Below are positions 11,830-26,097 of a stretch of 64,000 bases of DNA, piece by piece (within the stretch, counting starts at the first letter, position 1; each line of letters begins with the position of its first letter). The translations under genes were made by a program, and so were the position numbers. The DNA comes from Eledone cirrhosa. Its lineage: Eukaryota. The stretch spans positions 26,102,001 to 26,166,000 of the forward strand of contig OZ024761.1 in the NCBI GenBank assembly GCA_964016885.1. The letters are read 5' to 3'. The notes beneath the pieces were generated by a model. The model had not been told where the DNA came from, searched no databases, and saw only the letters and a program-made list of their open reading frames with translations.

Positions 11830-12209
11830 ATATTAAATAAATGGAAACTATATTTATGAATCCATATTTATTCTATTATATATATTTCAAGGGTACCAAC
11901 AGTTTGGTACGCTCTCTTCAGATAAAATACAATAGATAGTCTATCCAGGAATAACTTGAACCGTTAAGATACTATTCTTGGTTATGTCAATATTAATAAA
12001 ATAAACTTTGTATTTTATCTGAAGAGAGGGTACCAAAGTTTTGTTACCCTTGAAATATATAAACAATAAATATGGGTTTATAAATATAGTTTCCATTTAT
12101 TTAATATCATTGATTATTATACTCCAGAAAAGCTATTGAGTGCTTCGAATCGGTTATAAACATTTAAATTCGTCGAATTACCAACAAATTAAATATCCGT
12201 TTTGCCTTT
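11825..12209 (+). mobile_element. Asymmetric fold-back element, family D; intact HHR on the minus arm (11871-11927), degenerate on the plus arm (about 12013-12070)
   Basis: Minus arm: ttttat CTGAAGA gagcgtaccaa..ttggtaccctt GAAA tatata TA atagaa. Tail contains tattgagtgctt. Confidence 0.8.
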
Positions 12210-12251
12210 ATATATATATATAGATAGAAGTGTATATATCGCGTTTATGTG

Positions 12252-12287
<36 letters not shown>

Positions 12288-12312
12288 TAGATAGGTGTGT
12301 ATATATTGCGTT

Positions 12313-12359
<47 letters not shown>

Positions 12360-12443
12360 TTATATATTTATATTTAATTATTTATTATTTATACATATAT
12401 ATGTTTGTATATATAAATATATATAGATATACATATATATATA

Positions 12444-12623
<180 letters not shown>

Positions 12624-12886
12624 CGGCGTGCGTTTGCGTACAAATTAATGAACGATTGAATTATAATAAAATAAAATTCGATTAAATCGACTGGTAAATT
12701 ATTTTATCAACACCGTAATAATGAAATGAAGACTAAATTTGGTGAGATTTGAATTCAAGCTATAAAAAGATGAGCCCTCGAAATATATACATAGAGGAAA
12801 TATGTAATCTAATCTCTAATTATTATACGTTAAGTTATTATACATATATACATAAATATATATATATATATATATATATATTAAGT

Positions 12887-13010
<124 letters not shown>

Positions 13011-13026
13011 TTCATATATATATATA

Positions 13027-13221
13027 TAACGAAGGGGAAATGTGGTAAGGAACCAGGTGGACCATAACGCACCAAAGTACTCAATACTTAGGGTAGTAGA
13101 GTGGGTAATAGGAACCAGTAAATCCCCGACGGCTGAGCTCAAGCCGTTTCGACGGCTAATTCTGGTCCAGAATTAGCCGTCGAAACGGCGTGAGATCAGT
13201 CGTCGGGGTCTTACTGGTTCC
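13027..13221. mobile_element. Asymmetric fold-back element, family B
   Basis: ...tttcgacggctaattctgg|tccagaattagccgtcgaaa... junction; duplicate at 16786-16955. Confidence 0.8.
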
Positions 13222-13238
13222 TATATATATATATATAT

Positions 13239-13527
<289 letters not shown>

Positions 13528-13532
13528 CAGAC

Positions 13533-13668
<136 letters not shown>

Positions 13669-13678
13669 CATACATACC

Positions 13679-13709
<31 letters not shown>

Positions 13710-13745
13710 ATACATATATATAAGTTATATATATATAAAATATAA

Positions 13746-13832
<87 letters not shown>

Positions 13833-13869
13833 CACATATATGTACATATACATATATGTGTGTGTGTAT

Positions 13870-15826
13870 ATAATTTTATTGGGAATATTAAGTCGTAGTT
13901 TGTAGTATTTTAAAAATTTAATTGCTTTCGAAATCAGATAAAAGGTTGATTCAATTTTCATGGTCAATAACTTGTTTACAAATAGATAGAACTTCAACCA
14001 CCTCCACCCATCACCAGCTGCCAACCTTGTGTGAAGTTGTCAGGACACTGGACAGAGAAGTGAAAAATGTATAGAAATTAAAGTTCAAAGTGTGTGGCAG
14101 TCCCACATATGTTGGTCAGTGTGTCAGTAAATGTGTTGGTCAGTGGGTCAGTCATGTTAAACACTCAGATGATACATTCCAACCTCTTAAACTGGCTACA
14201 GGTGAACAACATCATTAAAACATATATCGCTGTTTAGACGGGACAGTAAACAGATAGAGAAACAGAGAGGGGGGGGCGAGAGAGGGGGTAGGGAGAGATA
14301 AGCATAGATAGAGAAAGAGTGATATGGATAGATAGAGAGAGAGAGATAAGTATATATATATATATAGAGAGAGAGAAAGAGATAGAGGGGGAGAGATAAG
14401 GATATATAGATAGATAGAGGTAGATAAGGATATATATCTATATATATCCTTATCTCTCTCTCTCTATATATATATATATAGAGAGAGAGAGGGGGAGAGA
14501 TAAGGATAGATAGAGAGAGATGAGTATATATATATATATATATAAAGAGAGAGAGAGAGAGAGAGAGAGAGGGACAGGGAGAGATAATGATTGATAGATA
14601 GATAGAGAGAGAGATAACGATATATATATATCTATAGAGAGAGGGGGGATAAGCATAGATAGATAGATAAATAGATAGAGAGAGAGAGAGATAAGGATAT
14701 ATATATATATATATATATATAAAGAGAGAGAGAGATAAGGATATATATATATATAGAGAGAGAGGGGGAGAGATAAGCATGGATAGATAGATAGAGACAG
14801 AGAGATAGATAAGGATATATATATATATAAAGAGAGAGATAACGATATATATATATCTATAGAGAGAGAGAGATAAGGATATATATATATAGAGAGAGAG
14901 AGGGGGAGAGATAAGCATAGATAGATAGATAGAGAGAGAGAGATAGATAAGGATATATATATATATAGAGAGAGAGATAACGATATATATATATATAGAG
15001 AGAGAGAGACAGAGAGATAAGGATATATATATATAGAGAGAGAGGGAGTGAGATAGAGCGAGAGAGATAACGATATATATATATCTATAGAGAGAGAGGG
15101 GGGAGATAAGCATAGATAGATAGATAAATAGATAGAGAGAGAGGGATAGATAAGGATATATATATGTATATATATAGAGAGAGAGAGATAAGGATATATA
15201 TATATAGAGAGAGAGGGGGAGAGATAAGCATAGATAGATAGATAGAGAGAGAGAGATAGATAAGGATATATATATATATATCCTTATCTATCTCTCTCTA
15301 TCTATCTATCTATCAAGGCTTATCTCTCCCTCTCTCTCTCTATATATATATATCCTTATCTCCCTCTCTATCTATTTATCTATATATATATATAGAGAGA
15401 GAGAGAGGGAGAGAGAGGGAGAGATAAGCATAGATAAATAGATATATACATAATTAGATAGAAACATATGTTGATAGGTAGAGATAGAGATAGACAGATA
15501 AATAGATGTGCAGTGTTTTACATGACTGACCCACTGACCAACACACATACTGACACACTGACCAATATATGTGGGACTGCCACACGCTGTGAACTATAAT
15601 TTCTATACATTTTTCACTTCTCTGTCCAGTGTCCTGACAACTTCACACAAAGGAAGCCTGGCCGAGGTTGGCAGCTGGAGATGAGGTGGAGGTGGTTGAA
15701 GTTCTATCTATTTTTGTAAACAAGTTATTGACCATGAAAAAATGAGTAAAGCTTTTAACTGATTTCGAAAGTAATTTAATTTTTAAAATACTACAAACTA
15801 CGACTTAATATTCCCAATAAAATTAT
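13870..15826. mobile_element. Fold-back element with about 300-bp inverted arms around a (GA)/(TA) composite microsatellite
   Basis: 13870-14165 is inverted at about 15515-15826. Second copy at 17675-19283; third, oppositely oriented copy at about 21280-22355. Confidence 0.75.
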
Positions 15827-15842
15827 ACACACACACACACCA

Positions 15843-15879
<37 letters not shown>

Positions 15880-16069
15880 GGAACGAGTAAGACCCCGACG
15901 GCTGAGCTCAAGCCGTTTCGACGGCTAAATCTGGACTGCATTAGCCGTCGAACCGGCTTGAGCTCAGCCGTCGGGGTCTTACTCGTTCCTATTACCCACT
16001 CTACTACCCTAAGTATTGAGTACTTTGGTGCGTTATGGTCCACCTAGGTTCCTTACCACATTTCCTTCG

Positions 16070-16072
<3 letters not shown>
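15880..16072. mobile_element. Asymmetric fold-back element, family B (tail to the right)
   Basis: Short arm begins tata|ggaac; tail tattgagtactttgg...ccttcgtta then (TA)n. Confidence 0.8.
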
Positions 16073-16093
<21 letters not shown>

Positions 16094-16101
<8 letters not shown>

Positions 16102-16251
16102 ACACTTTGGGAGGGTCATGTTGCCAATAAGAAACACACGCACCAGGGTGCGTGTGTTTCTTATTGGCAACATGACCCTCCCAAAGTGTAACAATATCGG
16201 TTTCAACACACGATTTCAGATAAAGAATCTTGCTAAATAAATTCAGAAACG

Positions 16252-16255
<4 letters not shown>
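16094..16255 (+). repeat. Perfect hairpin (about 51-bp arms, 2-nt loop) plus unpaired tail in (TA)n
   Basis: 16094-16144 is the reverse complement of 16147-16197; about 58-nt tail follows. Confidence 0.85.
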
Positions 16256-16302
<47 letters not shown>

Positions 16303-16303
16303 A

Positions 16304-16374
<71 letters not shown>

Positions 16375-16443
16375 ATTATTTATATATATATACTTATATA
16401 TTTATATTTAATTATTTATACATATATATGTTTGTATATATAA

Positions 16444-16517
<74 letters not shown>

Positions 16518-16756
16518 TATATATATATATATGTGTGTGTCTGCGTGCGTTTGCGTACAAATTAATGAACGATTGAATTATAATAAGATAAAATTCGATT
16601 AAATCGACTGGTAAATTATTTTATCAACACCGTAATAATGGAATGAAGACTAAATTTGGTGGGACTTGAATTCAAGCTATAAAAAGATGAACCATGGAAT
16701 TATATACATAGAGGAAATATGTAATCTAATCTCTAATTATTATACGTTAAGTTATT

Positions 16757-16787
<31 letters not shown>

Positions 16788-16953
16788 ACGAAGGAAATGT
16801 GGTACGGAACCAGGTGGACCATAACGCGCCAAAGTACTCAATACTTAAGGTAGTAGAGTGGGTAATAGGAACCAGTAAGACCCCGACGGCTAATTCTGGT
16901 CCAGAATTAGCCGTCGAAACGGCTTGAGCTCAGCCGTCGGGGTCTTACTGGTT

Positions 16954-17035
<82 letters not shown>

Positions 17036-17226
17036 AGAGAGAGAGAGAGAGAAATAGCTCTTGTTTCATGCGATAGAAATCATTGGGAAAGCCCTTTCAT
17101 GATGATTTCCTGCGAATAAAACAGTACTAGTTCTGTAAAAGACATTTCTATATTAAATATTTATACTGTGCTATGTATTGTGTACCTTATGTACTATAAC
17201 CCTGATTGAACCCTGGACAGACAGAC

Positions 17227-17346
<120 letters not shown>

Positions 17347-17358
17347 GTATATATGTAT

Positions 17359-17412
<54 letters not shown>

Positions 17413-17429
17413 GTATATACATACATACC

Positions 17430-17460
<31 letters not shown>

Positions 17461-17567
17461 ATATACATATACCTATATATATATATATATATAGACATTC
17501 ACACACACACACAAATATGTACAAATATATATATATATAAATATATATATACATATATGTAAGTTAT

Positions 17568-17635
<68 letters not shown>

Positions 17636-18261
17636 CACATATATGTATATATACATATATGTGTGTGTGTGTGTATAATTTTATTGGGAATATTAAGTCG
17701 TAGTTTGTAGCATTTACAAAAATTAAATTGCTTTCGAAATCAGTTAAAAGTTTCATTCATGTGTTCATGGTCAATAACTTGTTTACAAATAGATAGAACT
17801 TCAACCACCTCCACCTCCATCACCAGCTGCCAACCTTGTGTGAAGTTGTCAGGACACTGGACAGAGAAGTGAAAAATGTATAGAAATTAAAGTTCAAAGT
17901 GTGTGGCAGTCCCACATATGTTGGTCAGTGTGTCAGTAAATGTGTTGGTGAGTGGGTCAGTCATGTAAAACACTCAGATGATACATTCCAACCTCTTAAA
18001 CTGGCTACAGGTGAACAACATCATTAAAACATATATCGCTGTTTAGACGGGACAGTAGACAGATAGAGAAACAGAGAGGAGGGGGAGAGAGAGGGGGTAG
18101 GGAGAGATAAGCATAGATAGAGAAAGAGTGATATGGATAGATAGAGAGAGAGATAAGGATATATATATATATAGAGAGAGAGAAAGAGATAGAGGGCGAG
18201 AGATAAGGATATATAGATAGATAGAGATAGATAAGTATATATATATATATATATATATCCT

Positions 18262-18306
<45 letters not shown>

Positions 18307-18341
18307 GGAGAGATAAGGATAGATAGATAGAGAGAGATGAG

Positions 18342-18377
<36 letters not shown>

Positions 18378-18558
18378 CTGAGAGAGAGGGGGGGAGATAA
18401 GCATAGATAGATAGATAAATAGATATAGAGAGAGATATATATACGGATATATATATATATATATATAGAGAGAGATAAGTATATATATATATAGAGAGAG
18501 AGGGAGAGATAAGCATAGACAGATAGATAAATAGATATAGAGAGAGATATATATACGG

Positions 18559-18591
<33 letters not shown>

Positions 18592-18672
18592 TAAGTATAT
18601 ATATATATATAGAGAGAGAGAGGGAGAGATAAGTATAGATAGATAGAGAGAGAGAGAGAGAGATAGATAAGG

Positions 18673-18709
<37 letters not shown>

Positions 18710-18903
18710 TAATGATATATATAGAGAGAGCGAGAGAGCGAGGGAGAGATAAGCATAGATAGATAGATAGAGAGAGAGAGATAGATAAGGAGATATATAT
18801 ATATATATCCTTATCTATCTCTCTCTCTCTATCTATCTATCAAGGCTTATCTCTCCCTCTCTCTCTATATATATATCCTTATCTCCCTCTCTATCTATTT
18901 ATC

Positions 18904-18934
<31 letters not shown>

Positions 18935-19333
18935 GGAGAGATAAGCATAGATAAATAGATATATACATAATTAGATAGAAACATATGTTGATAGGTAGAG
19001 ATAGAGATAGACAGATAAATAGACGTGCAGTGTTTTACATGACCCACTGACCAACACATTTACTAACACACTGACCGACATATGTGGGACTGCCACACAC
19101 CGTGAACTTTAATTTCTATACATTTTTCACTTCTCTGTCCAGTGTCCTTACAACTTCACACAAAGGAAGCCTGGCCGAGGTTGGCAGCTGGTGATGGGGT
19201 GGAGGTGGTTGAAGTTCTATCTATTTTTGTAAATTAATTTTTAAAATACTACAAACTACGACTTAATATTCCCAATAAAATTATATACACAGACACACAC
19301 ATATATATATATATATATGCATATATATATATA

Positions 19334-19526
<193 letters not shown>

Positions 19527-19576
19527 TGAAAAATTGAACAGGAACAAAACAGAGAGGCAGTACGAACAAAGGTCTA

Positions 19577-19643
<67 letters not shown>

Positions 19644-19717
19644 ATAATAATAAAATTGAAGACTAAAATCCAGAGAGGGCTCGCGATTCTTTGCTTAAAC
19701 TTTAATCTGTTATCTTA

Positions 19718-19792
<75 letters not shown>

Positions 19793-19796
<4 letters not shown>

Positions 19797-20218
19797 AAAG
19801 AATGGAGGTGTAACACACAAGTTATTATATATTGGTAAACGGAATAGTAAATTCTGACAAATTGTTCACAGTTGAAAAATGGTTTAATTAGGAATAAAAG
19901 AGTATTAGTGATTGTATGGGTTAGTATTCAGTTGTGGTTTTAAGTTTTTAAGTTTTTACCGGTTGCGCATTTCTAAATGCTTTTCAAAAATAATTTTGAG
20001 ATAGAGTATCCGTGCTGTTTGCTCTGATCTGAGCAAACAGCACGGACACTCTATCTCAAAATTATTTTTGAAAAGCATTTAGAAATGCGCAACCGGTAAA
20101 AACTTAAAACCACAACTGAATACTAACCCATACAATCACTAATACTCTTTTATTCCTAATTAAACCATTTTTCAACTGTGAACAATTTGTCAGCATTTTC
20201 TATTCCGTTTACCAATAT
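19793..20218. mobile_element. Fold-back with about 190-bp arms, family F, degenerate U3-A8 HHR
   Basis: About 19838-20024 is inverted at 20030-20218. Plus arm: ttt TTGAAAA gcatt-taga-aatgc GCAA ccgg TA aaa at about 20065-20101. Confidence 0.75.
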
Positions 20219-20296
20219 ATATATATATATATACTTGTATATACTTGTGTGTGTGTGAATGTCTGTATATATACATATATACATTTTTTATGAAAG

Positions 20297-20460
20297 GTGG
20301 GTGAAAGTAGCGAGAATAGCCCGTGTGAATGGGCCTTCTCTCTATATCAGCCTGTAGGTGAACAAGATGGAAGAACAAGGGAGGACCCTCTCTCTGTGCT
20401 CCTGAGGATACGGTTTGCACACTTTATCGGGGTGCGTGCCCCCCCCCCCAAAAAAAAAAA
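20297..20460 (+). mobile_element. 3' end fragment of a Tx1-like LINE
   Basis: gtgggtgaaagtagcgagaatagcccgtgtgaatgggccttctc...cctgtagg is homologous to the reverse complement of about 40270-40390. Confidence 0.6.
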
Positions 20461-20665
20461 AACCGCCTCCTCTCTATTGAGGACTATTTTGTTAATTTTA
20501 TATTTGCTATTTATTTTTTTACTCGTTCTTTTGTGTAAACTTCCCACTTTGTATTTGTCCCCTTCTTTTGCGCCCTCGTGGCAATAAATAGAAACATATA
20601 TATATATATATACATACATATATATATATATATCCATATATGTGTGTGTGTGTGTATGTGTGTGT

Positions 20666-20940
20666 GGAGCCACGTGGCCTAGAGGTAAGAGTGTTGGACT
20701 TACGACCATAATGCCGTGGGTTCGATTCATGGGTTGCGTTTTTTGTTTCTTGAGCAAAACACTTCATTTCACGTTGCTCCACTATACTCAGTTGAAAATG
20801 AGTACCAGCAATAGCTGGAGGTTTAACCCTGCGATGGCCTGGCGTCCTGCCCATGGGGGAGTCTTGTACTCTCAGTAGCTTCACGCCATGAAACCGGGAC
20901 AAGCACCGACCAAATGAGCCTTCTGGCTTAAGACACACTT
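20666..20940 (+). mobile_element. tRNA-derived SINE family 1, near full length
   Basis: A/B boxes (gtggcctagagg, ggttcgattc), ttcttgagcaaaacact, aaatgagtaccagc, 3' part gcttcacgccatgaaaccgggacaag. Confidence 0.8.
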
Positions 20941-21026
20941 TAGACTTTATATATGTGTGTGTATGTATGCATATATATATATATGTGTGGTTATAGTTCA
21001 CTTGAAGCATTGTGTAATGAGGTATA

Positions 21027-21245
21027 AACGTTTGAACATGTATAATAAAGCCAAAACAATCCAGGTATGGACATAGAATAAAGAATGTAAATGCAAAAGA
21101 TATTGTTGATAATTAGTCTTTTACCTTAGATTTATTTAAATAAATCTAAGGTAAAAGACTAATTATCAACAATATATTTTGCATTTACATTCTTTATTAT
21201 ATGTCCATACCTGCATTGTTTTGGCTTTATTATACATATTCAAAC

Positions 21246-21250
<5 letters not shown>
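21027..21250. repeat. Spacerless palindrome with about 110-bp arms plus one-sided tail
   Basis: Centre atttattt|aaataaat at 21137/21138, few mismatches; unpaired extension at about 20985-21026. Confidence 0.85.
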
Positions 21251-21283
<33 letters not shown>

Positions 21284-21677
21284 TTAAAAATTTACTTGCT
21301 TTCGAAATCAGTTAAAAGCTTGATTCATTTTTTCATAGTCAATAACTTGTTTAAAAATAGATAGAACTTCAACCACCTCCACCCATCACCAGCTGCCAAC
21401 CTCGGCCAGGCTTCCTTTGTGTGAAGTTGTAAGGACACTGGACAGAGAAGTGAAAAATGTATAGAAATTATAGTTCACAGTGTGTGGCAGTCCCACATAT
21501 ATTGGTCAGTGTGTCAGTATGTGTGTTGGTCAGTGTGTCAGTAAATATGTTGGTCACTGGGTCAGTCATGTAAAACACTGCACAGCTATCTATCTGTCTA
21601 TCTCTATCTCTACCTATCAACATATGTTTCTATCTAATTATGTATATATCTATTTATCTATGCTTATCTCTCCCTCG

Positions 21678-21711
<34 letters not shown>

Positions 21712-21759
21712 CCTTATCTATCTCTCTCTATCTATCTATCTATCTATGCTTATCTCTCC

Positions 21760-21798
<39 letters not shown>

Positions 21799-22398
21799 CC
21801 CTTATCTATCTCTCTCTCTGTATCTATCTATCTATCTATCGATGCGGATCTCTCCCTCCCTCTCTCTCTTTCTATATATATATATCCTTATCTATCTATC
21901 TATCCATATCAGTCTTTCTCTATCTATGCTTATCTCTCCCTCCCCCCCTCATCTCTCTCTCTCCCCCTCCTCTCTGTTTCTCTATCTGTCTATTGTCCCG
22001 TCTAAACACCGATATATGTTTTAATGATGTTGTTCACCTGTAGCCAGTTTAAGAGGTTGGAATGTATCATCTGAGTGTTTTACATGACTGACCCACTGAC
22101 CAACATATTTACTGACACACTGACCAACATATGTGGGACTGCCACACACTGTGAACTATAATTTCTATACATTTTTCACTTCTCTGTCCAGTGTCCTTAC
22201 AACTTCACCCAAAGGAAGCCTGGCCGAGGTTGGCAGCTGGAGATGGGGGGAGTTATTGACCATGAAAAAATGAATGAAGCTTTTAACTGATTTCGAAAGT
22301 AATTTAAATTTTAAAATACTACAAACTACGACTTAATATTCCCAATAAAATTATATACACACACATTATACACACACACACATATATATATATATATA

Positions 22399-22451
<53 letters not shown>

Positions 22452-22453
<2 letters not shown>

Positions 22454-22875
22454 TTATTTATTAAAATAACAGATTAAAGCTTAAGCAAAGAATCGCTGCT
22501 TTACAGCCCCACATTATACCCTAACGGATAGTACGATCTATACGTGGATATTTTACGTCTTGATGTGGTAGCTAAGTATATGTTGTGTTTATACCATTAC
22601 TTATTTGCATAGGGAACGTTTCCACGAACCAAAGTATCGTCTTCCTGTCTTCCTCCGGTTGCAACGTTTTTTGAAATATCCACTTCTGCGTTTACAGATT
22701 GACTTTGTTAGTTTCAGAAGATCCCGTTTAGGGTAAAAGCACCGATTCTTTGCTTACACTTTAATCTGTTATTTTAATAAATATTTGCTCTTCGGTTCTT
22801 ATATATTTGATATATATTTATCCTTATCGAGCCCTCTTTGGATTTTAGTCTTCAAATTTATTATTATTACTACTA
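22452..22875 (+). mobile_element. Family C fold-back with about 200 bp of extra upstream sequence
   Basis: Short arm about 22452-22502 inverted at about 22735-22783. HHR-like agttt CAGAAGA tccc..agggt at 22710-22760. Tail contains tatcgagccctc. Confidence 0.7.
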
Positions 22876-22914
22876 TTATATATATATAAATATATATATA
22901 AATATATATATTTA

Positions 22915-23160
22915 TATATCATAAATCATGTCTTTAGAATCATCAGATGATTTAGTTAATTTTAATTACGCTCCTGTTAATAAAATCCCTCCACATATCT
23001 TGGCAAGTTGCTAATTCACACATGTATGGATCTCCGATAATCTTTAGGTAGCGTGTTACTTGGATGATTCTAAAGACATGATTTATGATATATTGCGCTG
23101 ATTTTTTGATTTTAATTTATTAATTCTTCATAGAGCTTAAAAGTGAGCAGTTGGAACATA
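22915..23160 (+). mobile_element. Asymmetric fold-back (30-bp arms) whose spacer is an inverted copy of 23350-23466
   Basis: tatatcataaatcatgtctttagaatcatc / gatgattctaaagacatgatttatgatata arms; spacer about 22948-23063. Confidence 0.7.
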
Positions 23161-23763
23161 TATATATCTTTAATTTTATGTATATGATAACCTTTATATT
23201 TATATATATATATTTGAAGATAATCTCTACAAAGTTGTGATAGCCCTCGTGACAGTTCCAAGGTACTTCTTTAGAGATGGTCCTCCTGCAATCCGAAATA
23301 GAGATCTCGGTTTCCTGAACAACAAAAGATTGTTTCACGCAGTACTATCCAGAGTAACACGCTACCTAAAGATTATCGGAGATCCATACAACATGTGTGA
23401 ATTAGGAAGTTGCCAAGATATGTGGAGGGATTTTATTAACAGGAGCGTAATTAAAATAAACTAAATATTTTGAAAGAGAAAAGAAGCCACGATGGTGAGA
23501 CTACACAACACGAAAATATCCTGTTTATAAATTGACGTTTGATTATCTCCCTTCTACCGTTGGGATTTGAATTCCTATTTAGGCGAGATGTAACATTGTC
23601 TTTCATTAAATCCCGCCGAGGTTAACTTTGCCTTTCATCCTTACGGGGTCGATAAAATAAAGTACCAGTAATGCACTAGTTTATTGCTGGCCTTGTGCCA
23701 AAAGTATAAACAATTATATCTGGAGATTCAATGAATGATATTTTAACTATTACTGTCGATATA

Positions 23764-24170
23764 AAGGCTGGACCAGAATTCATGACTCACTTGATTATTT
23801 ATAGATCTATTAACACTACATGTTTCAGCAAATAACTTATTAATCCTAGCAATAATCTTTCTTTTAGCTGCCGGACGCCCATAAGTTGCTTCCATTACTC
23901 TGTAGCCTTCAGTGATGTTGTCTGTTTTACCAAATAATCTCACATTGAATACTTTTTTCCAAGATTAGCAAAGGATGTACCATGGTTAATCAAATTTAGA
24001 AAAAATAAATAAAAAACATGTGAGAAATATTAAGAAATAAAAATATAAATTAAGAAACCTGCTAAGTATATTAAGAAATAAAATAATAAATTAAAACAAT
24101 AGAATAACAATAAAATAAGCATGTTAAGAAATATAACTAACAAGTGAGTCATTAATTCTGGCCCACCCTG
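23764..24170 (-). mobile_element. Internally deleted Tc1/mariner element with transposase N-terminal remnant
   Basis: About 30-bp TIRs (aaggctggaccagaattcatgactcacttg / caagtgagtcattaattctggcccaccctg). The minus ORF ...YGRPAAKRKIIARINKLFAETCSV resembles a mariner N-terminal HTH. Confidence 0.7.
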
Positions 24171-24881
24171 TTCATCAAACTGAACCATTCTATGGTTCTA
24201 CAGCTTCGGTAATATAGCTGTAAAGTTAAATGTCCAGATTTTTCTTTATCTACACGAAAGTATTCCTTTTAACTTGAGGACACCTTAGCTCCCTTTACAT
24301 GGTGGGGTGTAAAATTTCAAACCAGGTCTTTCTCTTTTATCATTTAAGAAGGACTAATGTTTAGGATGTTGGACACTTAATTACAAGCTATTAGGGGTCT
24401 TGAGCAAAAACATTTCACTTCTGATAGGACTATGGTTTTCCGGTCATAAGATCACCCAAGAAAGACTATGGGATGGAAACACGTATGAGCTTTGAGCTGT
24501 GAATTTTATTTTAATTAATACATTCTATAAAATTAACCTGTGATGGATTTAAATAATACTTCAGCAAACTTTAATATATTCCTCGTATTTTTGACACTCG
24601 AGTGTGTACTAATGACTCTAGCATTTTATACTATTTTGTAGAGTTTTCAAACCCCTTTTTTTTAATATTTTTACAACTTTTTTACAGAACTATATATATT
24701 TGTTTCTTAATAAATACTTTTATCGATAAAAAAACAAATATATTTGTTATTGTTTTTATTAATATTATTACGTTCTGTATTATCCCTTTCCAGGGACTAT
24801 GTTGAAAATGAACCCTCATTTGGTCATTCCGTGAGAGTATCTTGGTTAGTCTATGAACTTTTCAGCAAACCCTTATAAATA

Positions 24882-24962
<81 letters not shown>

Positions 24963-25028
24963 GTTCTTATATATTTGATATATATTTATCCTTATCGAGC
25001 TCTCTTTTGATTTTAGTCTTCAAATTTA

Positions 25029-25122
<94 letters not shown>

Positions 25123-25336
25123 CGTGTGTGCGTTTGTAAACTTAAGAACATATACAATGAGAGGACAAGGCCAAAATTAAAAACAATTTTTTAGGAGGAA
25201 ATCTTTAAAATTTCAATTTAAAAAAATAAAATTATAAACAAAGTACACAAAAGTACAATGCAATTGGCCGTTGAGATGGACTTTAGCAGTTTCTATATAT
25301 GTGGGCCAATGATGTGGTGATTGATCGATACATAAC

Positions 25337-25367
<31 letters not shown>

Positions 25368-25370
<3 letters not shown>

Positions 25371-25900
25371 TTCATATAGATGAGATTCTACAGGACTAGA
25401 ACTGCTTCATTCTTTAGAAATCATCAGGAATCTGGGTAGCAAATAATAAATATGGTATTTATAGGCCTCTTCATGTGGTAGGAGAGGGTAGGGAGTGGGA
25501 TGGGTGTAGGTCATTGGTTGCTAGAAAAGGGAATTCATTAAAAGCTAATTCTTTAAAGCTATAATTTATATTTAGAGTAACAGAATTAGAAACGTTTACA
25601 GAATTCTTTCTGCCTTTGTTACTCTAAATATAAATTATAGCTTTAAAGAATTAGCTTTTAATGAATTCCCTTTTCTATCAACCAATGACCTCTACCCATC
25701 CCACTCCCTACCCTCTCCTACCACCTGAAGAGGCCTATAAATACCATATTTATTTTTTGATACCCAGATTCTTGATGATTTCTAAAGAATGAAACAGTTC
25801 TAGTCCTGTAGAATCTCATCTATATTAAAACTTTTATACTCTGCTATGTATTGAGTACCTTTCTTACTGTGGTTACCTCCGATGCAACACGGAATAACGT
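25368..25900 (+). mobile_element. Family A fold-back with about 215-bp arms; HHRs at 25384-25432 (-) and 25767-25815 (+)
   Basis: About 25368-25582 is inverted at about 25617-25831. TATAAATA lies upstream of the HHR; tail contains tattgagtacc. Each HHR has one different core substitution. Confidence 0.85.
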
Positions 25901-26097
25901 ATATATATATAAATATATGTATTGTTATAATATTGCCAGAAATAATAACAATATGTTCCTCTCCAAGTATAATAAAAACAAATATATATTTATATATATA
26001 TATTTGTTGTGCGAATGTACGACGCCCCCCCCCCCATCCCACCCCCGTGGCGAGAATGGGATGGACCACTACATATAAATAGTAGTGGCCTGTGTAA

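Noticed and set aside
22510-22540. TLYPNG* resembling the end of a GIY-YIG PLE ORF in the family C spacer
   Set aside because: Only six residues followed by a stop; too short to support.
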